Source: a virus
Taxonomy: Duplodnaviria > Caudoviricetes
Strand: one strand, 5' to 3'
Virus record (IMG/VR): IMGVR_UViG_3300032239_000289
Location: 1-35,763 of that record
Length of the DNA stretch: 35,763 bases
A model generated the notes under the pieces. That model saw only the letters and a program-made list of their open reading frames with translations, ran no database searches and was not told the origin of the DNA. Positions 16,467 through 27,311 of this stretch are shown piece after piece. Each line of letters opens with the position of its first letter. Within the stretch, counting starts at the first letter, position 1. The position numbers and the translations under genes were made by a program.

Positions 16467-18951
16467 TACTGATAACGAACCGCAAATACCTAAGAACCAA
16501 TCCGAAATTGTTGATTCTCGGACGGGCATGGTTGCGCGTGATTGGTACCGCTTTTTTCTTAATCTACTTAATAAAGCTAACGCGGGCGGCGGTACTGGCT
16601 CAGGCACCGTAACGTCGGTCAACGTATCGGGTGGTTCAACCGGCTTAACGACGTCCGGCGGCCCTGTCACGACTTCGGGCACCATTACCCTAGCAGGCAC
16701 GTTAAACGTGGCTAACGGTGGCACAGGGGCAACTACAGCGGCTGCTGCGCTGACTAATCTTGGCGCGTATCCAGCATCTAATCCTAATGGTTACGGTACA
16801 GGCACTGTAACTAGCGTAGCGGCTACCGTACCATCGTTTTTGTCTGTTACGGGCAGTCCTGTTACTACGTCGGGCACGCTGGCTATTACGTATTCCGGCA
16901 CTGCATTGCCGGTAGCTAATGGCGGCACAGGCGCTGTAGATGCTTTATCGGCAAGGTCTAATTTAAGCGCCGCACAAAGTGGGGCCAATACCGACATTAC
17001 GTCGATTGCTTTGACTACTGGCACCATAACTACTACGCCATCGTCAAGTAACGACATAGTAAATAAGTCGTATGCCGATTCGATTGCAACAGGCATTAAC
17101 TTTCACGCAGCGTGTAATTACGCAACAACTGCTGCTTTAGCTGCCAACACTTACAACAATGGATCAAGCGGAGTAGGCGCTACGTTAACAGCGGTGGCTG
17201 CAGGTACACTAACAATTGACGGATATACTTTTGTCGTCGGTGACGTAGGCAAACGTATATTAGTAAAAAATGAAGTGACGGACGCTAATAACGGTGTCTA
17301 TACGCTGACACAAGCGGGCACAGCATTACTGCCGTACATTCTTACCCGCGCAACCGATTACGATACGAGCGGTTCTGGTACAAATGAAATTGACCAAGGC
17401 GACTTTTTACTCATACTGTCTGGCACTACAAACGCTAATACATCGTGGGTACAACAGACTGCGCTGCCAATCACGGTAGGTACAACTGCACTAGTCTTTT
17501 TGCAATTTGCGGCAGTCCAAACGTATACCGCAGGCACAGGGTTAACTTTAACTACTAATCAATTTTCAATTACTAACACAGGCACTGCAGGTACTTACGG
17601 TTCTGCATCGGCAGTGCCGGTGTTTGTTACCAACGCCCAAGGCCAAGTTACTAGCGTAACTAATACGGCTATAGCTATTGCGGGCAGCGCGGTGTCGGGC
17701 AACATATCGGGTAACGCAGCCAATGTGACCGGTACTGTAGCGGTAACTAATGGTGGTACAGGGCAAACTACCTATACAGACGGCCAACTATTAATTGGAA
17801 ATAGCACAGGTAATACGCTCACAAAATCCACGTTAAGTGCTGGCACAGGCATTTCAATAACTAACGCAGCCGGTTCAATTACGATCGCGTCGTCAGTTAC
17901 ACCAGTTACTAGCGTAACGGGCACATCGCCTGTCGTATCGTCAGGCGGCACAACGCCTGCCATTAGCTTGGCTACGGGTTATGGTGATACTCAGAATCCA
18001 TACGCCAGCAAAACGGCTAACTATGTATTAGCAGCGCCTAACGGTGCGGCGGGTGTTCCTACGTTTAGGGCGATAGTTGCTGCCGATATTCCGACACTTA
18101 ACCAAAACACGACAGGGCAAGCTGGTAGCGTAGCTAACTCTTTGACTGCCGGTACGGGTATATCTTATAGCGCAGGTACAACATATAACGGTTCAGCAGC
18201 CATTACGATTAACAACTCAGCGCCTATGGTATTCCCAGGGGCTGGTATTGCAAACTCAACCGGCTCGGCATGGGGCACGTCGTATTCGGCTACTGGCTCC
18301 GGTACGGTGGTGGCACTGGCCACATCGCCTAGCTTTACTACGCCGATTCTTGGTACACCAACGTCGGGAAATTTTAGTACCGGCACGTTTACGTGGCCAA
18401 CTTTTAACCAAAACACCACGGGCACCGCCAGTAATGTTACGGGCACGGTAGCTATTGCCAATGGTGGTACGGGTCAGACAGCCAAAACGGCAGCCTTTGA
18501 TGCTTTGTCGCCCACGACAACTAAGGGCGATTTAATCCTTAATAACGGCACAAATAACGTGCGGCAGGCGGTTGGTGCTGATGGATTGGTATTGCAGGCA
18601 GATTCAACTGCGGCTACAGGTGTTAAATGGGCGTCTACTGCTACTAACACTATCACCGTAAGTAACGATACAACTACGGCAACTAATGTATATCCTACGT
18701 TTGCGGCTGCAACGTCCGGCGCGGTATCTACGATTTATACGGGTAACACAAAATTACTGTACAAACCTAGCACGGGTGAATTAACATCTTCACATTTAGT
18801 AGCGGGAAATGGTATCTTCGTCAATAGTTTAACTATCGGCACTAGCTATACCATCCCGTCTGGTTATTCGGGCATGACCGCCGGTGTGGTAACGGTATCT
18901 AGCGGCGTAACGGTTACAGTTTCTACGGGGTCACGATGGGTGGTGGTTTAG
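16459..18951 (+). CDS. Long tail fibre/needle protein
   Basis: 830 aa, Thr/Gly-rich; repeated GTVTSV and VANGGTG motifs; RILVKNE...NGVY; C-terminal TGSRWVVV. Confidence 0.85.
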   Translation: MPNTDNEPQIPKNQSEIVDSRTGMVARDWYRFFLNLLNKANAGGGTGSGTVTSVNVSGGSTGLTTSGGPVTTSGTITLAGTLNVANGGTGATTAAAALTNLGAYPASNPNGYGTGTVTSVAATVPSFLSVTGSPVTTSGTLAITYSGTALPVANGGTGAVDALSARSNLSAAQSGANTDITSIALTTGTITTTPSSSNDIVNKSYADSIATGINFHAACNYATTAALAANTYNNGSSGVGATLTAVAAGTLTIDGYTFVVGDVGKRILVKNEVTDANNGVYTLTQAGTALLPYILTRATDYDTSGSGTNEIDQGDFLLILSGTTNANTSWVQQTALPITVGTTALVFLQFAAVQTYTAGTGLTLTTNQFSITNTGTAGTYGSASAVPVFVTNAQGQVTSVTNTAIAIAGSAVSGNISGNAANVTGTVAVTNGGTGQTTYTDGQLLIGNSTGNTLTKSTLSAGTGISITNAAGSITIASSVTPVTSVTGTSPVVSSGGTTPAISLATGYGDTQNPYASKTANYVLAAPNGAAGVPTFRAIVAADIPTLNQNTTGQAGSVANSLTAGTGISYSAGTTYNGSAAITINNSAPMVFPGAGIANSTGSAWGTSYSATGSGTVVALATSPSFTTPILGTPTSGNFSTGTFTWPTFNQNTTGTASNVTGTVAIANGGTGQTAKTAAFDALSPTTTKGDLILNNGTNNVRQAVGADGLVLQADSTAATGVKWASTATNTITVSNDTTTATNVYPTFAAATSGAVSTIYTGNTKLLYKPSTGELTSSHLVAGNGIFVNSLTIGTSYTIPSGYSGMTAGVVTVSSGVTVTVSTGSRWVVV

Positions 18952-18994
18952 AAAAAATACCTACGCTACAAAATTATTTGTTGTTGGGACAGCA

Positions 18995-19465
18995 ATGCCT
19001 ATAATGTCTATAGAATGGCAAGAGCAAAATCAAGCCAATAAACAAAAATGGTGCCTTGGTAACCAGAATGCAGTTAATTTTTTAAATTGTTTGTTTGATG
19101 CTGTAGAGCTTTGGGATGATTTGATTGACAAAGATGTTGATATCAAAGACAGCCATGTCAATGGAGTGTTTACTTCTTTAATGTTTTCGCTTCCATCAAA
19201 TCCTTGGTTTATGGCAAATTACACGTATTACCAACCGTTAATTATGGCAGCTATCAATGGGTTCCATGACGCCAACGAAATGGCAAAAAGCGACAAAAAG
19301 CATTTGCGAAATATTGCATTTCACATCCGCAATTTAGGAATTGAAATTCATATTGCTACTGCATTTTTGATTGGCGGATTTGAACATATGCGTAAAATGT
19401 CTCCTGAAATTCGAGAGTTTTACGCTTTTGAAACTTTTGATGAATGGGAATGCAATCATGCCTGA
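18995..19465 (+). CDS. Hypothetical helical protein with DDxxD motif
   Basis: 156 aa; WDDLIDKD, LPSNPWF; overlaps the next gene's start. Confidence 0.8.
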   Translation: MPIMSIEWQEQNQANKQKWCLGNQNAVNFLNCLFDAVELWDDLIDKDVDIKDSHVNGVFTSLMFSLPSNPWFMANYTYYQPLIMAAINGFHDANEMAKSDKKHLRNIAFHIRNLGIEIHIATAFLIGGFEHMRKMSPEIREFYAFETFDEWECNHA

Positions 19466-20150
19466 TCCAACAGCCGGTGCCATTATTGGCAGCTCTATAA
19501 TTGGTGGTATATCCGCTAATGAAGCCGCGAACACGCAAGCAGATGCTGCAAAATACTCCGCCAATTTACAAAACAAACAATATCAAGAAAATGTAACGCG
19601 TCAAAAACCTTTTTACGACGTAGGGGTTAATGCGCTTCCAGAATTGGTAGCTGCGTCAAAATACACGCCTTTTGATTACAACGCTTACCAAAACGATCCT
19701 GGTGTTGCGTTTAGGTTAAAAACCGGCATGGATGCGCTTAACCGTACTGCTGCGGCCCGTGGTGGCATGCTAAGTGGTAATGCGTTGCAAGGTGCAGTTC
19801 AATATGGCCAAGATTTAGGTTCACAAGAATACCAAAATGCGTTTAATCGCTATCAAGCTGAACGCCAAGCCCGACTTAACCCTTTACAATCATTAACTGG
19901 CATGGCTCAAACAACCGCCAATACATTAGGTGTTGCGGGGCAAAACATGGCGACAAATGTAGGCAACGATATACAAGCTGGAGCTAACGCCCGCGCATCT
20001 GGATATGTAGGTGGAGCTAATGCAATAAGCGGTGGTATTGGCCAATACTTGAATTACACCAACGCGCAAAACAACGCTAATTTTCAGAATCAGTTGTTGA
20101 GTAGGTACATGCAGCCAACTACAGGCGCGCCTACTAATTTCACTATTTAA
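19458..20150 (+). CDS. DNA ejection/transfer protein, gp7-like
   Basis: Start moved to ATG 19458; DPGVAFR...G...LNRTAAARGGMLSGNAL...YGQDLGSQEYQNAF. Confidence 0.8.
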   Translation: MPDPTAGAIIGSSIIGGISANEAANTQADAAKYSANLQNKQYQENVTRQKPFYDVGVNALPELVAASKYTPFDYNAYQNDPGVAFRLKTGMDALNRTAAARGGMLSGNALQGAVQYGQDLGSQEYQNAFNRYQAERQARLNPLQSLTGMAQTTANTLGVAGQNMATNVGNDIQAGANARASGYVGGANAISGGIGQYLNYTNAQNNANFQNQLLSRYMQPTTGAPTNFTI

Positions 20151-20158
20151 GGTGACGT

Positions 20159-21631
20159 ATGCCAATTGACCCTAACATCGCGCTTCAATACCGCGCGCCT
20201 CAAATAGACTTTTCGCAGATACAGCAGCCCGTCAATCAGATGGCGCAGGTGTATCAGCTTCAGCACGCTCAGCAACAAAATCAATTAGGCCAGATGCAAA
20301 TGGCTGAGTATGAACGCGCCAGAGAGTCTGAAAATCAATTGCGTAATTTGTTTGCTAACCAAGAAATAGATCGCACATCACCAGATTTTTTGCGTCAAAT
20401 TTATGCTATCTCCCCTAAACAGGGTATGGAAATAGAAAAGAATTTGCGTGAGGCAGAGGCTAAAAAAGTAGAGCGTCAATTGCACGAAACACAGATCGGA
20501 AAAATCACCGCCGAAACGGGAGAACTATCGCGTAAAGCAAGAGAAGAACAATATAATAGTGCTATTAAACACATCGCTAGTTTTGACACTCGCGATCAAA
20601 TTATTGCAGACATAAATCAGCAAGCAAAAGCAGGCAATTTGCCGATGATGCAAGCAACCCAATTGATTCAATCAATACCCGCAAACGACGCAGAAATACC
20701 AAAATGGCAGTTAAGAACTATGCGCGGCATTTTGTCGGCTAAAGATCAACTTGAGTTAGATAAGCCTATGGCCGTAGGTGGGTCATTATTAAGCCGCGAA
20801 GGTAAAGTTATTGCTACCGCGCCTATGACAGATTACCAAAAACGAGAATTAGATATACGAGGCGGCGAATTAAAAGTTAAACAGGACAGATTAAAGGAAG
20901 AATTAGCTACTGGCGCGCCGCTAACAAAAGACACATTAGATTTTGCTGCGCAAATGTATGTTCAAACAGGGCAAATGCCTCAAGTTGGCATGGGTAAAAA
21001 TGCACAAGCAATTCGTTCACAAATTCTTGAGCGCGGCGCGCAGTTAGCTATGGGAGGTGGTATTGGAGCTAGTGATGCGGCAGGCAATGTAATCGGAAAT
21101 AAAATTGATGTAACTACCAAAACAAAAGCAACTAAAGATTTTAGTACCGGCCAACAAGGTAAACAAGTCACCGCGTTTAATACCGCTATTGACCACTTGT
21201 CAACAATGGATAAGTTATCCGATGCGTTGCAAAATAACGATATTAAAGCAATTAATTTGCTTAGCAACACCATAGCGCGTCAAACAGGTCAAGCAGCACC
21301 CACTAATTTTGATGCTGCTAAACAAATTGTTACTTCTGAAGTTATTAAAGCTGTTGTTGCTAGCGGTGGTGGAGTAACAGAACGTCAAGAAGCAGAGCGT
21401 AATTTTGCTGCGGCTAATAGCCCTGCTCAGTTAAAAGGTGTGATTCAAACGTACAAAAAATTATTGGGTGGTCAGCTTAAGAGTTTAAATCTGCAGTATG
21501 AAAATACCACGGGCAAAAAAGATTTTGAGTCTAAATTAACGCCAGATGCAAAAGCGGAGTTAAAGTCTGTTACGGCGCAAACTGCGCCAGCAAACACTAA
21601 TATTGACAAGCTTCTTGATAAGTATAAATAG
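20159..21631 (+). CDS. DNA ejection protein (gp20-like position)
   Basis: 490 aa; Gln/Ala-rich, helical; follows the gp7-like gene. Confidence 0.65.
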   Translation: MPIDPNIALQYRAPQIDFSQIQQPVNQMAQVYQLQHAQQQNQLGQMQMAEYERARESENQLRNLFANQEIDRTSPDFLRQIYAISPKQGMEIEKNLREAEAKKVERQLHETQIGKITAETGELSRKAREEQYNSAIKHIASFDTRDQIIADINQQAKAGNLPMMQATQLIQSIPANDAEIPKWQLRTMRGILSAKDQLELDKPMAVGGSLLSREGKVIATAPMTDYQKRELDIRGGELKVKQDRLKEELATGAPLTKDTLDFAAQMYVQTGQMPQVGMGKNAQAIRSQILERGAQLAMGGGIGASDAAGNVIGNKIDVTTKTKATKDFSTGQQGKQVTAFNTAIDHLSTMDKLSDALQNNDIKAINLLSNTIARQTGQAAPTNFDAAKQIVTSEVIKAVVASGGGVTERQEAERNFAAANSPAQLKGVIQTYKKLLGGQLKSLNLQYENTTGKKDFESKLTPDAKAELKSVTAQTAPANTNIDKLLDKYK

Positions 21632-21633
21632 CT

Positions 21634-23994
21634 ATGGCGACTATCGAGCAACTCAACGCGGGATTAGTTAAAGCAGATGCGGCAGGAAACGCGGCAGATG
21701 CTAAAGCATTTGCGGATGAAATTCGGCGCATGCGGTCTATATCAAGCGAAGGAATGCCTGCGCCACGTAGAAGTTTTGCGGATACAGTGCAAGGCATTAC
21801 CGAAGTGCCTGGGGTTTTATTAACGGGCGCGGCGGGTACTTTAGCGGGCAACGTAATTGGCCCACTTACTAGTTTATACGAAGGGTCGTTTGGCACCCAA
21901 AAAGGTGTTAAACGCGCTGAAGATGTTGCAGGTAAAGTACAGCAAGCGCTTACGTATGCGCCGCGTACACAGACAGGGCGCGACATTTTAGGCAGCATAT
22001 CGGACGTTGTAAGCGCAAGTAAATTAGAAGGATTAAACCCTGCACTTGCTACAGAATTATCTGCGGCAACTGCACCTGTCATTACGCAAGCAAAAGGGGC
22101 AACCGCAGCGCGATCTTTAAAACGTGCTGCACAAACTCAAGAAGCAAACGTAGCCCGCAGTTTTGATAACGCGGCGCAAATTGATGCTGCTAATTTAGCC
22201 GCAAAACACGGGGTTGCGCTTAACCCCGCAGTATCTAACCCGACTAAAACTAATCGTATTAAATCAACAATCGCGGGGGCTACAAATTTAAACGAAAATT
22301 TATCTAAGATAAACGAAGTTAAGTTTACCAACCTAGTAAAAGAAGACATGGGGTTGCCGCCCAACACGGTGTTAAACGCTAAAGCATTTGAAGAAGCTAT
22401 TAACAAACAAAGTGGGCCATATACTAAAGTAAGTCAAATACCTAGATTAGCGCCAGATCAAAAAATAATAAGTGAAATTGAACAGTTACGTATAAATCGC
22501 CCCGCTATTGGGGGCGAAGCTAGTGCAGCAGCAGTTAACAGTTTAGTGGATGAAGCATTAGCCAAAGTGGCTGAAGGTCGTTCGGGCGCTGAAATTATTA
22601 CAGACATACGCAAGTTGCGTAAAGACGCCAATAGTGTTTATTCAACGCAACAAAAAAGCGGTGTGCCAGACCCTACGTTAGTAGCTAAAGCAGACGCAAA
22701 CATAGGTATAGCTAATGCGTTAGAAAATTTAATTGAAGCCAACGTAAACGACCCTAAAGTGTTAGGTGATTTACGGGCTGCGCGCGCTAAGATGGCTAGA
22801 ATTTACGATTACGAACGCGCTACTAACTTAGCTACTAATCGTATTGACCCACAAGTTTTAGCTAAAATGTTAGAGGAAGGTAAACCGATATCTGGTTTAG
22901 CGGCTGACATCGGTAAGATTGCCGCGGTGTTTCCTGACATTGCTCAAAGTGGTAAAGCCGGTATGCCCATGTGGGCACCTGAGCGTTTAACGCGTTCTGG
23001 CGCAGCAGGCACCATAGGTTATGCGCTTGGTTCTGCCGCAGGTATGCCTTTATTAGGTGCAGTAATGGGTGCGGGTACAGGTAACATATTGAGTGGATTT
23101 GCAGGTAAACGTATGGCCGCCCCTGCGTATCAACTAGCTAACGCTATACCTCAAGATTTTAGGCCGCCAGTTAATAGTTTGCGCCCAGCGCCGCCATCTA
23201 CTACGGCTAATTTACCTGTGCCATATGATTATCGTAATGCGTTACTTACGCCGGATCAAATTCCTAATTGGGTGTATGGCCAAAATGTACCTGAAGGCAA
23301 CATTAGAGTGGGTGTACCCACCACACCTGCGCTTGAAGCGCCTAGCCCCGAGTCTACCTTGCGTACTGTAGCTCAACAACGCGTATACGAATATCAAAAA
23401 CAAAAAGCTGCTGCCGAAACCGCCGCAGCTCAACAAACCGCACAAGAAGCGGCTAACCGTGTACCTGCGCGTAATGAAACCCTATTTGAGCTTGACCCAA
23501 TCACAGGTAAACTGCGCAGTGTTAGCCAAGGCATGAAAGGTGCTACGCCAGATGTGTTAGAGAGCACTGGCCATTCATTGGCGGGAGCAGCACAAAAAGT
23601 AGCGTCAGGACGACGTTTTGCTTTGTCGGCGGAAGAAAAGATTGCGTGGGATAAAACCAAAACTGATTTAACTGTACTTGATTCAGGTTTAGCTAAGCTG
23701 TCGGATAAAGCCATAGCTGAAAAAGCGATGGATCGGGCATGGGCTGAAGAGGCGATTGTTAAAGCACGGCAAAAAATTGCAGCATTTGACGAAATAGCTA
23801 AGCGGTCTAAAGATGCGCAACAAGTGCTACGAGCAAAAGCGGAAAGAGAACGATTAATGAATGCTTTGGAATTACTTGAGCCGCAACTTAGCCGCCCTCG
23901 CGCTACGTCAGTTGGCGAACAAGGGCCAAAAACACGCGAAGCTATCCGTAATCGTTTAGCCCCAAAAAATGAAAACAATTTGAGGAATGACTGA
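21634..23994 (+). CDS. Large DNA ejection protein (gp16-like position)
   Basis: 786 aa; Ala-rich, helical, with Gly-rich hydrophobic segments. Confidence 0.65.
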   Translation: MATIEQLNAGLVKADAAGNAADAKAFADEIRRMRSISSEGMPAPRRSFADTVQGITEVPGVLLTGAAGTLAGNVIGPLTSLYEGSFGTQKGVKRAEDVAGKVQQALTYAPRTQTGRDILGSISDVVSASKLEGLNPALATELSAATAPVITQAKGATAARSLKRAAQTQEANVARSFDNAAQIDAANLAAKHGVALNPAVSNPTKTNRIKSTIAGATNLNENLSKINEVKFTNLVKEDMGLPPNTVLNAKAFEEAINKQSGPYTKVSQIPRLAPDQKIISEIEQLRINRPAIGGEASAAAVNSLVDEALAKVAEGRSGAEIITDIRKLRKDANSVYSTQQKSGVPDPTLVAKADANIGIANALENLIEANVNDPKVLGDLRAARAKMARIYDYERATNLATNRIDPQVLAKMLEEGKPISGLAADIGKIAAVFPDIAQSGKAGMPMWAPERLTRSGAAGTIGYALGSAAGMPLLGAVMGAGTGNILSGFAGKRMAAPAYQLANAIPQDFRPPVNSLRPAPPSTTANLPVPYDYRNALLTPDQIPNWVYGQNVPEGNIRVGVPTTPALEAPSPESTLRTVAQQRVYEYQKQKAAAETAAAQQTAQEAANRVPARNETLFELDPITGKLRSVSQGMKGATPDVLESTGHSLAGAAQKVASGRRFALSAEEKIAWDKTKTDLTVLDSGLAKLSDKAIAEKAMDRAWAEEAIVKARQKIAAFDEIAKRSKDAQQVLRAKAERERLMNALELLEPQLSRPRATSVGEQGPKTREAIRNRLAPKNENNLRND

Positions 23995-24878
23995 TGGCAT
24001 CGTTAACCCCAACACCCAAACAACAGTTTTTTGACAGCAACGGCAATCCGCTGGTGCTGGGCAAGGTGTACACCTACGCTGGTGGCACGACGACGCCGAT
24101 CACGACGTACACAAGCCAAGCAGCCGATACGGCTAACACCAACCCAATCATTCTTGATTCGCGTGGTATGGCTAACATCTGGTTGCAACCAACCATTGCG
24201 TATAAGTACGTTATTACCGACGCTAACGACGTGCTGCAATACACCACCGATAACATCTTGGTGCCAGTTGACACATTGTCGTTTGGATCGCCTCCAGCTA
24301 TTGGTAACGTAGCCCCTAATTCGGGTGCGTTCACTACGCTCTCAGCCACTAACGATGTGACCTTTACAGGTTATGGTTACGTTTTGATGCCTGCAGGTGC
24401 TACTACGGATCGTCCTGCTACGCCGTCTAACGGCATGATGCGGTACAACACGTCACTTAATCGTTTTGAAGGGTATAGCACTACTGGTTGGGGTACGTTG
24501 GGTGGTGGGGCAACGGGCGGCGGCACAAACCAGATTTTCTATGAAAACAACAAAACTATTACCGCTAGTTATACAATAACCACTAACAATAACGCCATGA
24601 GTACCGGCCCACTAACAACGGGCGATGCGTTTAGTGGCACAGGTTTTATTACCGCTACAACCATGACGATTTCGGCAGTTACTACGGGCGTATTGGCGGT
24701 AGGTTCGGTAATTAGCGGCAGTGGTGTGACGTCAGGCACAGTCATCACAGCCTTGGGCACAGGCACAGGTGGCACAGGCACGTACACGGTTAGCCCAACG
24801 CAGTCTGCGTCATCTACTACGCTAACATCGCCCGTTACGATTACGGTGCCTAATGGCTCACGTTTGGTAGTTTTATAA
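23994..24878 (+). CDS. Tail fibre/spike with virion-attachment N-terminal domain
   Basis: [24 protein letters not shown].......[11 protein letters not shown]; GMMRYNT....FEGY; C-terminal GSRLVVL. Confidence 0.85.
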   Translation: MASLTPTPKQQFFDSNGNPLVLGKVYTYAGGTTTPITTYTSQAADTANTNPIILDSRGMANIWLQPTIAYKYVITDANDVLQYTTDNILVPVDTLSFGSPPAIGNVAPNSGAFTTLSATNDVTFTGYGYVLMPAGATTDRPATPSNGMMRYNTSLNRFEGYSTTGWGTLGGGATGGGTNQIFYENNKTITASYTITTNNNAMSTGPLTTGDAFSGTGFITATTMTISAVTTGVLAVGSVISGSGVTSGTVITALGTGTGGTGTYTVSPTQSASSTTLTSPVTITVPNGSRLVVL

Positions 24879-24887
24879 GGATTAGTT

Positions 24888-25688
24888 ATGTCAACTACGA
24901 TTACTGCGGGTAATGCAACATCTGGTCTGGCGTTAAGCGCTGACAACACGGGGCAGTTGGAATTAAAAACAGGTACAGGCGCGGGCACTACGGCGTTAAC
25001 GCTATCAAGCTCACAAGTAGCTACGTTTGCAGGTGCAATTAATCTTGCAAACACATTGACTTTGGCAGCAGGAACCACTGCAATTGCGCCGTTAGTAATG
25101 GCAGCAGGCACGTCGTTAACCACGCCAGTAGCCGGTGCAGTCGAATTTGACGGTAGCACGTTTTTCACGACTGACGATGTAACTGACGGTCGCGGGTATA
25201 TGCCTTCAGTTCACTTTTTTAGATTGACGTCTGACGGCAGCGCAATCACAACAATTGCCAACTTCTTTGGCGCAACGTCTGGTATGTCATTAGACGCAAA
25301 TATTTTTTACGAAGTTGAAGCGTATTTGTATTTTACAAAAACCACCGCCGGTACTGCTACGTTTACTATGACGTTTAGTAACGCGCCGGTAAATAACAAT
25401 GCGTTTTATGTTGGAACCCCAGTTGGCGGTGTTGGTACGGCGGGTACAGCACAGACGGCAGCGTTAGTAAAATCTACCGCAACCGCTGGCGCGTTACCCG
25501 CTACGGGTTCGCTAACCACCGCAGTTAACCATGAGTATGTGTTGCAATCAATGTTTCAAGCTAATGCAACTACAGGCGGCACATTAAATCTTCAAGTAAC
25601 TTCAAGTGCTGGATCGATTACCCCGTTAACGGGCAGCTATTTTAAAATTACCCGTTTACCATCGGCTAACGTCGGTGCATTTGTTTAA
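24888..25688 (+). CDS. Tail fibre-associated protein
   Basis: AAGGA RBS; Thr/Ala/Gly-rich, beta-type. Confidence 0.75.
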   Translation: MSTTITAGNATSGLALSADNTGQLELKTGTGAGTTALTLSSSQVATFAGAINLANTLTLAAGTTAIAPLVMAAGTSLTTPVAGAVEFDGSTFFTTDDVTDGRGYMPSVHFFRLTSDGSAITTIANFFGATSGMSLDANIFYEVEAYLYFTKTTAGTATFTMTFSNAPVNNNAFYVGTPVGGVGTAGTAQTAALVKSTATAGALPATGSLTTAVNHEYVLQSMFQANATTGGTLNLQVTSSAGSITPLTGSYFKITRLPSANVGAFV

Positions 25689-25697
25689 GGATAAATC

Positions 25698-26327
25698 ATG
25701 AGTGTAGGACTCAAAGGAAATGCCGATGGATCGGGAGCCATTCAAGTTGGTGGCTCGGATGCCATTACGATCACAACAGGTTTAAATACGACGTTTGCGG
25801 GTACGGTTACTTCAGCTAGCACGATAGTGGCTGCCACAGGTACGCTATACCCACTTGTGTCGGGCACTGCTGTTGCATCTACGTCCGGTACGTCAATTGA
25901 CTTTACAAATATACCATCGTGGGTTAAACGAGTTACTGTAATGCTTAATGGTGTATCTACAAGTGGAACGTCAGTTACACAAATACAACTTGGAACTTCT
26001 GGTGGGGTTGTTAGTTCGGGCTACGATTCTCGAATTTATTCTTTTACAGGTGGCAGTCAAGGAACCTCAGTTACTTCTGGATTTGTTCTTGAAGCAACTG
26101 CCGCAGCAGCAGCTGCAAATGTACGAATAGGCGCTATTTATTTACTTAACATATCTGGTAATAATTGGGTGGCAACTGGGTCACAATCACAAATTACTAC
26201 CAATGGCGCTCAATCATGGATTAATGGTTCTATAGCTTTATCAAGTGCTTTAACAACGGTGCGTTTAACAACAGCTAACGGCACAGACACCTTTGACGCT
26301 GGTTCAATTAACATCTTTTACGAGTAA
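25698..26327 (+). CDS. Tail fibre tip-like protein, paralog 1
   Basis: SGTAVASTSGTSIDFT.IPSWVKR...GTDTFDAGSINI.YE. Confidence 0.8.
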   Translation: MSVGLKGNADGSGAIQVGGSDAITITTGLNTTFAGTVTSASTIVAATGTLYPLVSGTAVASTSGTSIDFTNIPSWVKRVTVMLNGVSTSGTSVTQIQLGTSGGVVSSGYDSRIYSFTGGSQGTSVTSGFVLEATAAAAAANVRIGAIYLLNISGNNWVATGSQSQITTNGAQSWINGSIALSSALTTVRLTTANGTDTFDAGSINIFYE

Positions 26328-26332
26328 TTATC

Positions 26333-26458
26333 ATGACACACAGAATCGTAGTCAACGTACAAACCGGCGAAGTGACCGAAGTGCCATTGACGCCAGAAGA
26401 GCAAGCGGCGTTCGACGCTGCACAAGCGCAGCAGCAAACTGAGGAACCGACATCATGA
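26333..26458 (+). CDS. Small tail-associated protein (41 aa, MTHRIVVNVQTGEVTEVPLTPEE...)
   Basis: Fills the gap between the paralogs; ATGA overlap with the next gene; not in the ORF track. Confidence 0.75.
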   Translation: MTHRIVVNVQTGEVTEVPLTPEEQAAFDAAQAQQQTEEPTS

Positions 26459-27087
26459 CAGTAACTATTGACGGCACTAATGGCATAACGACTCCATCGC
26501 CCGTAGTCGTTCAAGGGTCAACCTCAGGGTCAATTACATTAGCTGCTCCTGCTGTGGCGGGATCAAACACAGCTACGCTACCAGCAGGTACTGGCACTGT
26601 CGCGGTACAAGGCGCGTCTACCAATATTGTGTCGGGTACGGCTGTTGCGTCAACGTCGGGTACTTCAATTGACTTTACTAGCATACCGTCATGGGTTAAG
26701 CGTATTACTGTAATGCTATCCGGCGTTAGTACAAGCGGCTCGAGTAACTACCAAATTCAAATAGGTAGTGGATCTGTAACAACATCTGGGTATAACAGTA
26801 CCGCCACAAGAACTGCTAGTACAGTATTGCAAACAACAACGGCAACATCTGGTTTTTTAGTAAACGTAGTAAACGCAAATAACTCTGTATTTGGCGCGTA
26901 CGTAATATCTTTAGTATCAGGTTTTTCTTATGTGCAGCAAGGAAATGGTTCGGATGCAACAAATGCTGCAAACTATTTTTCTGCTGGTGGCGTAACGCTT
27001 GGCGGAACTCTTGACCGTGTTCGCATCACCACTGTCAACGGCACAGACACCTTCGACGCGGGTTCAATCAACATCCTTTACGAGTAA
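26455..27087 (+). CDS. Tail fibre tip-like protein, paralog 2
   Basis: GSTSGSITLAAPAVAG; same conserved blocks as 25698-26327. Confidence 0.8.
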   Translation: MTVTIDGTNGITTPSPVVVQGSTSGSITLAAPAVAGSNTATLPAGTGTVAVQGASTNIVSGTAVASTSGTSIDFTSIPSWVKRITVMLSGVSTSGSSNYQIQIGSGSVTTSGYNSTATRTASTVLQTTTATSGFLVNVVNANNSVFGAYVISLVSGFSYVQQGNGSDATNAANYFSAGGVTLGGTLDRVRITTVNGTDTFDAGSINILYE

Positions 27088-27088
27088 C

Positions 27089-27310
27089 ATGGACTCGCAA
27101 ATCCTTTTTAATATCGCTGTTGCAATCGCGGGCTTTTTTGGTGGGTGGATACTAAACAACATCCACCGCTCAATCGATCGTCTTGACACAGACGTTCGCG
27201 CTATGCCGCACACCTATGTTAGTCGTGAAGATTACAAAGACGACATGCGCGAAGTAAAGGATATGCTGAGTAAGATATTTGATCGGTTAGAGGATAAGCA
27301 AGACAAGTGA
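27089..27310 (+). CDS. Small membrane protein (one TM plus coiled coil), possible holin/lysis accessory
   Basis: Start moved to ATG 27089; ILFNIAVAIAGFFGGWIL then YVSREDY...KIFDRLEDK. Confidence 0.75.
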   Translation: MDSQILFNIAVAIAGFFGGWILNNIHRSIDRLDTDVRAMPHTYVSREDYKDDMREVKDMLSKIFDRLEDKQDK

Positions 27311-27311
27311 A

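Noticed and set aside
23430-25168. Long antisense ORFs (182 and 199 aa) in ejection and tail genes
   Set aside because: Mirror frames of Ala/Thr/Gly-rich sense genes
25698-27087. Diversity-generating retroelement template/variable repeat pair
   Set aside because: No reverse transcriptase; differences are mostly synonymous and not adenine-specific; both copies are coding
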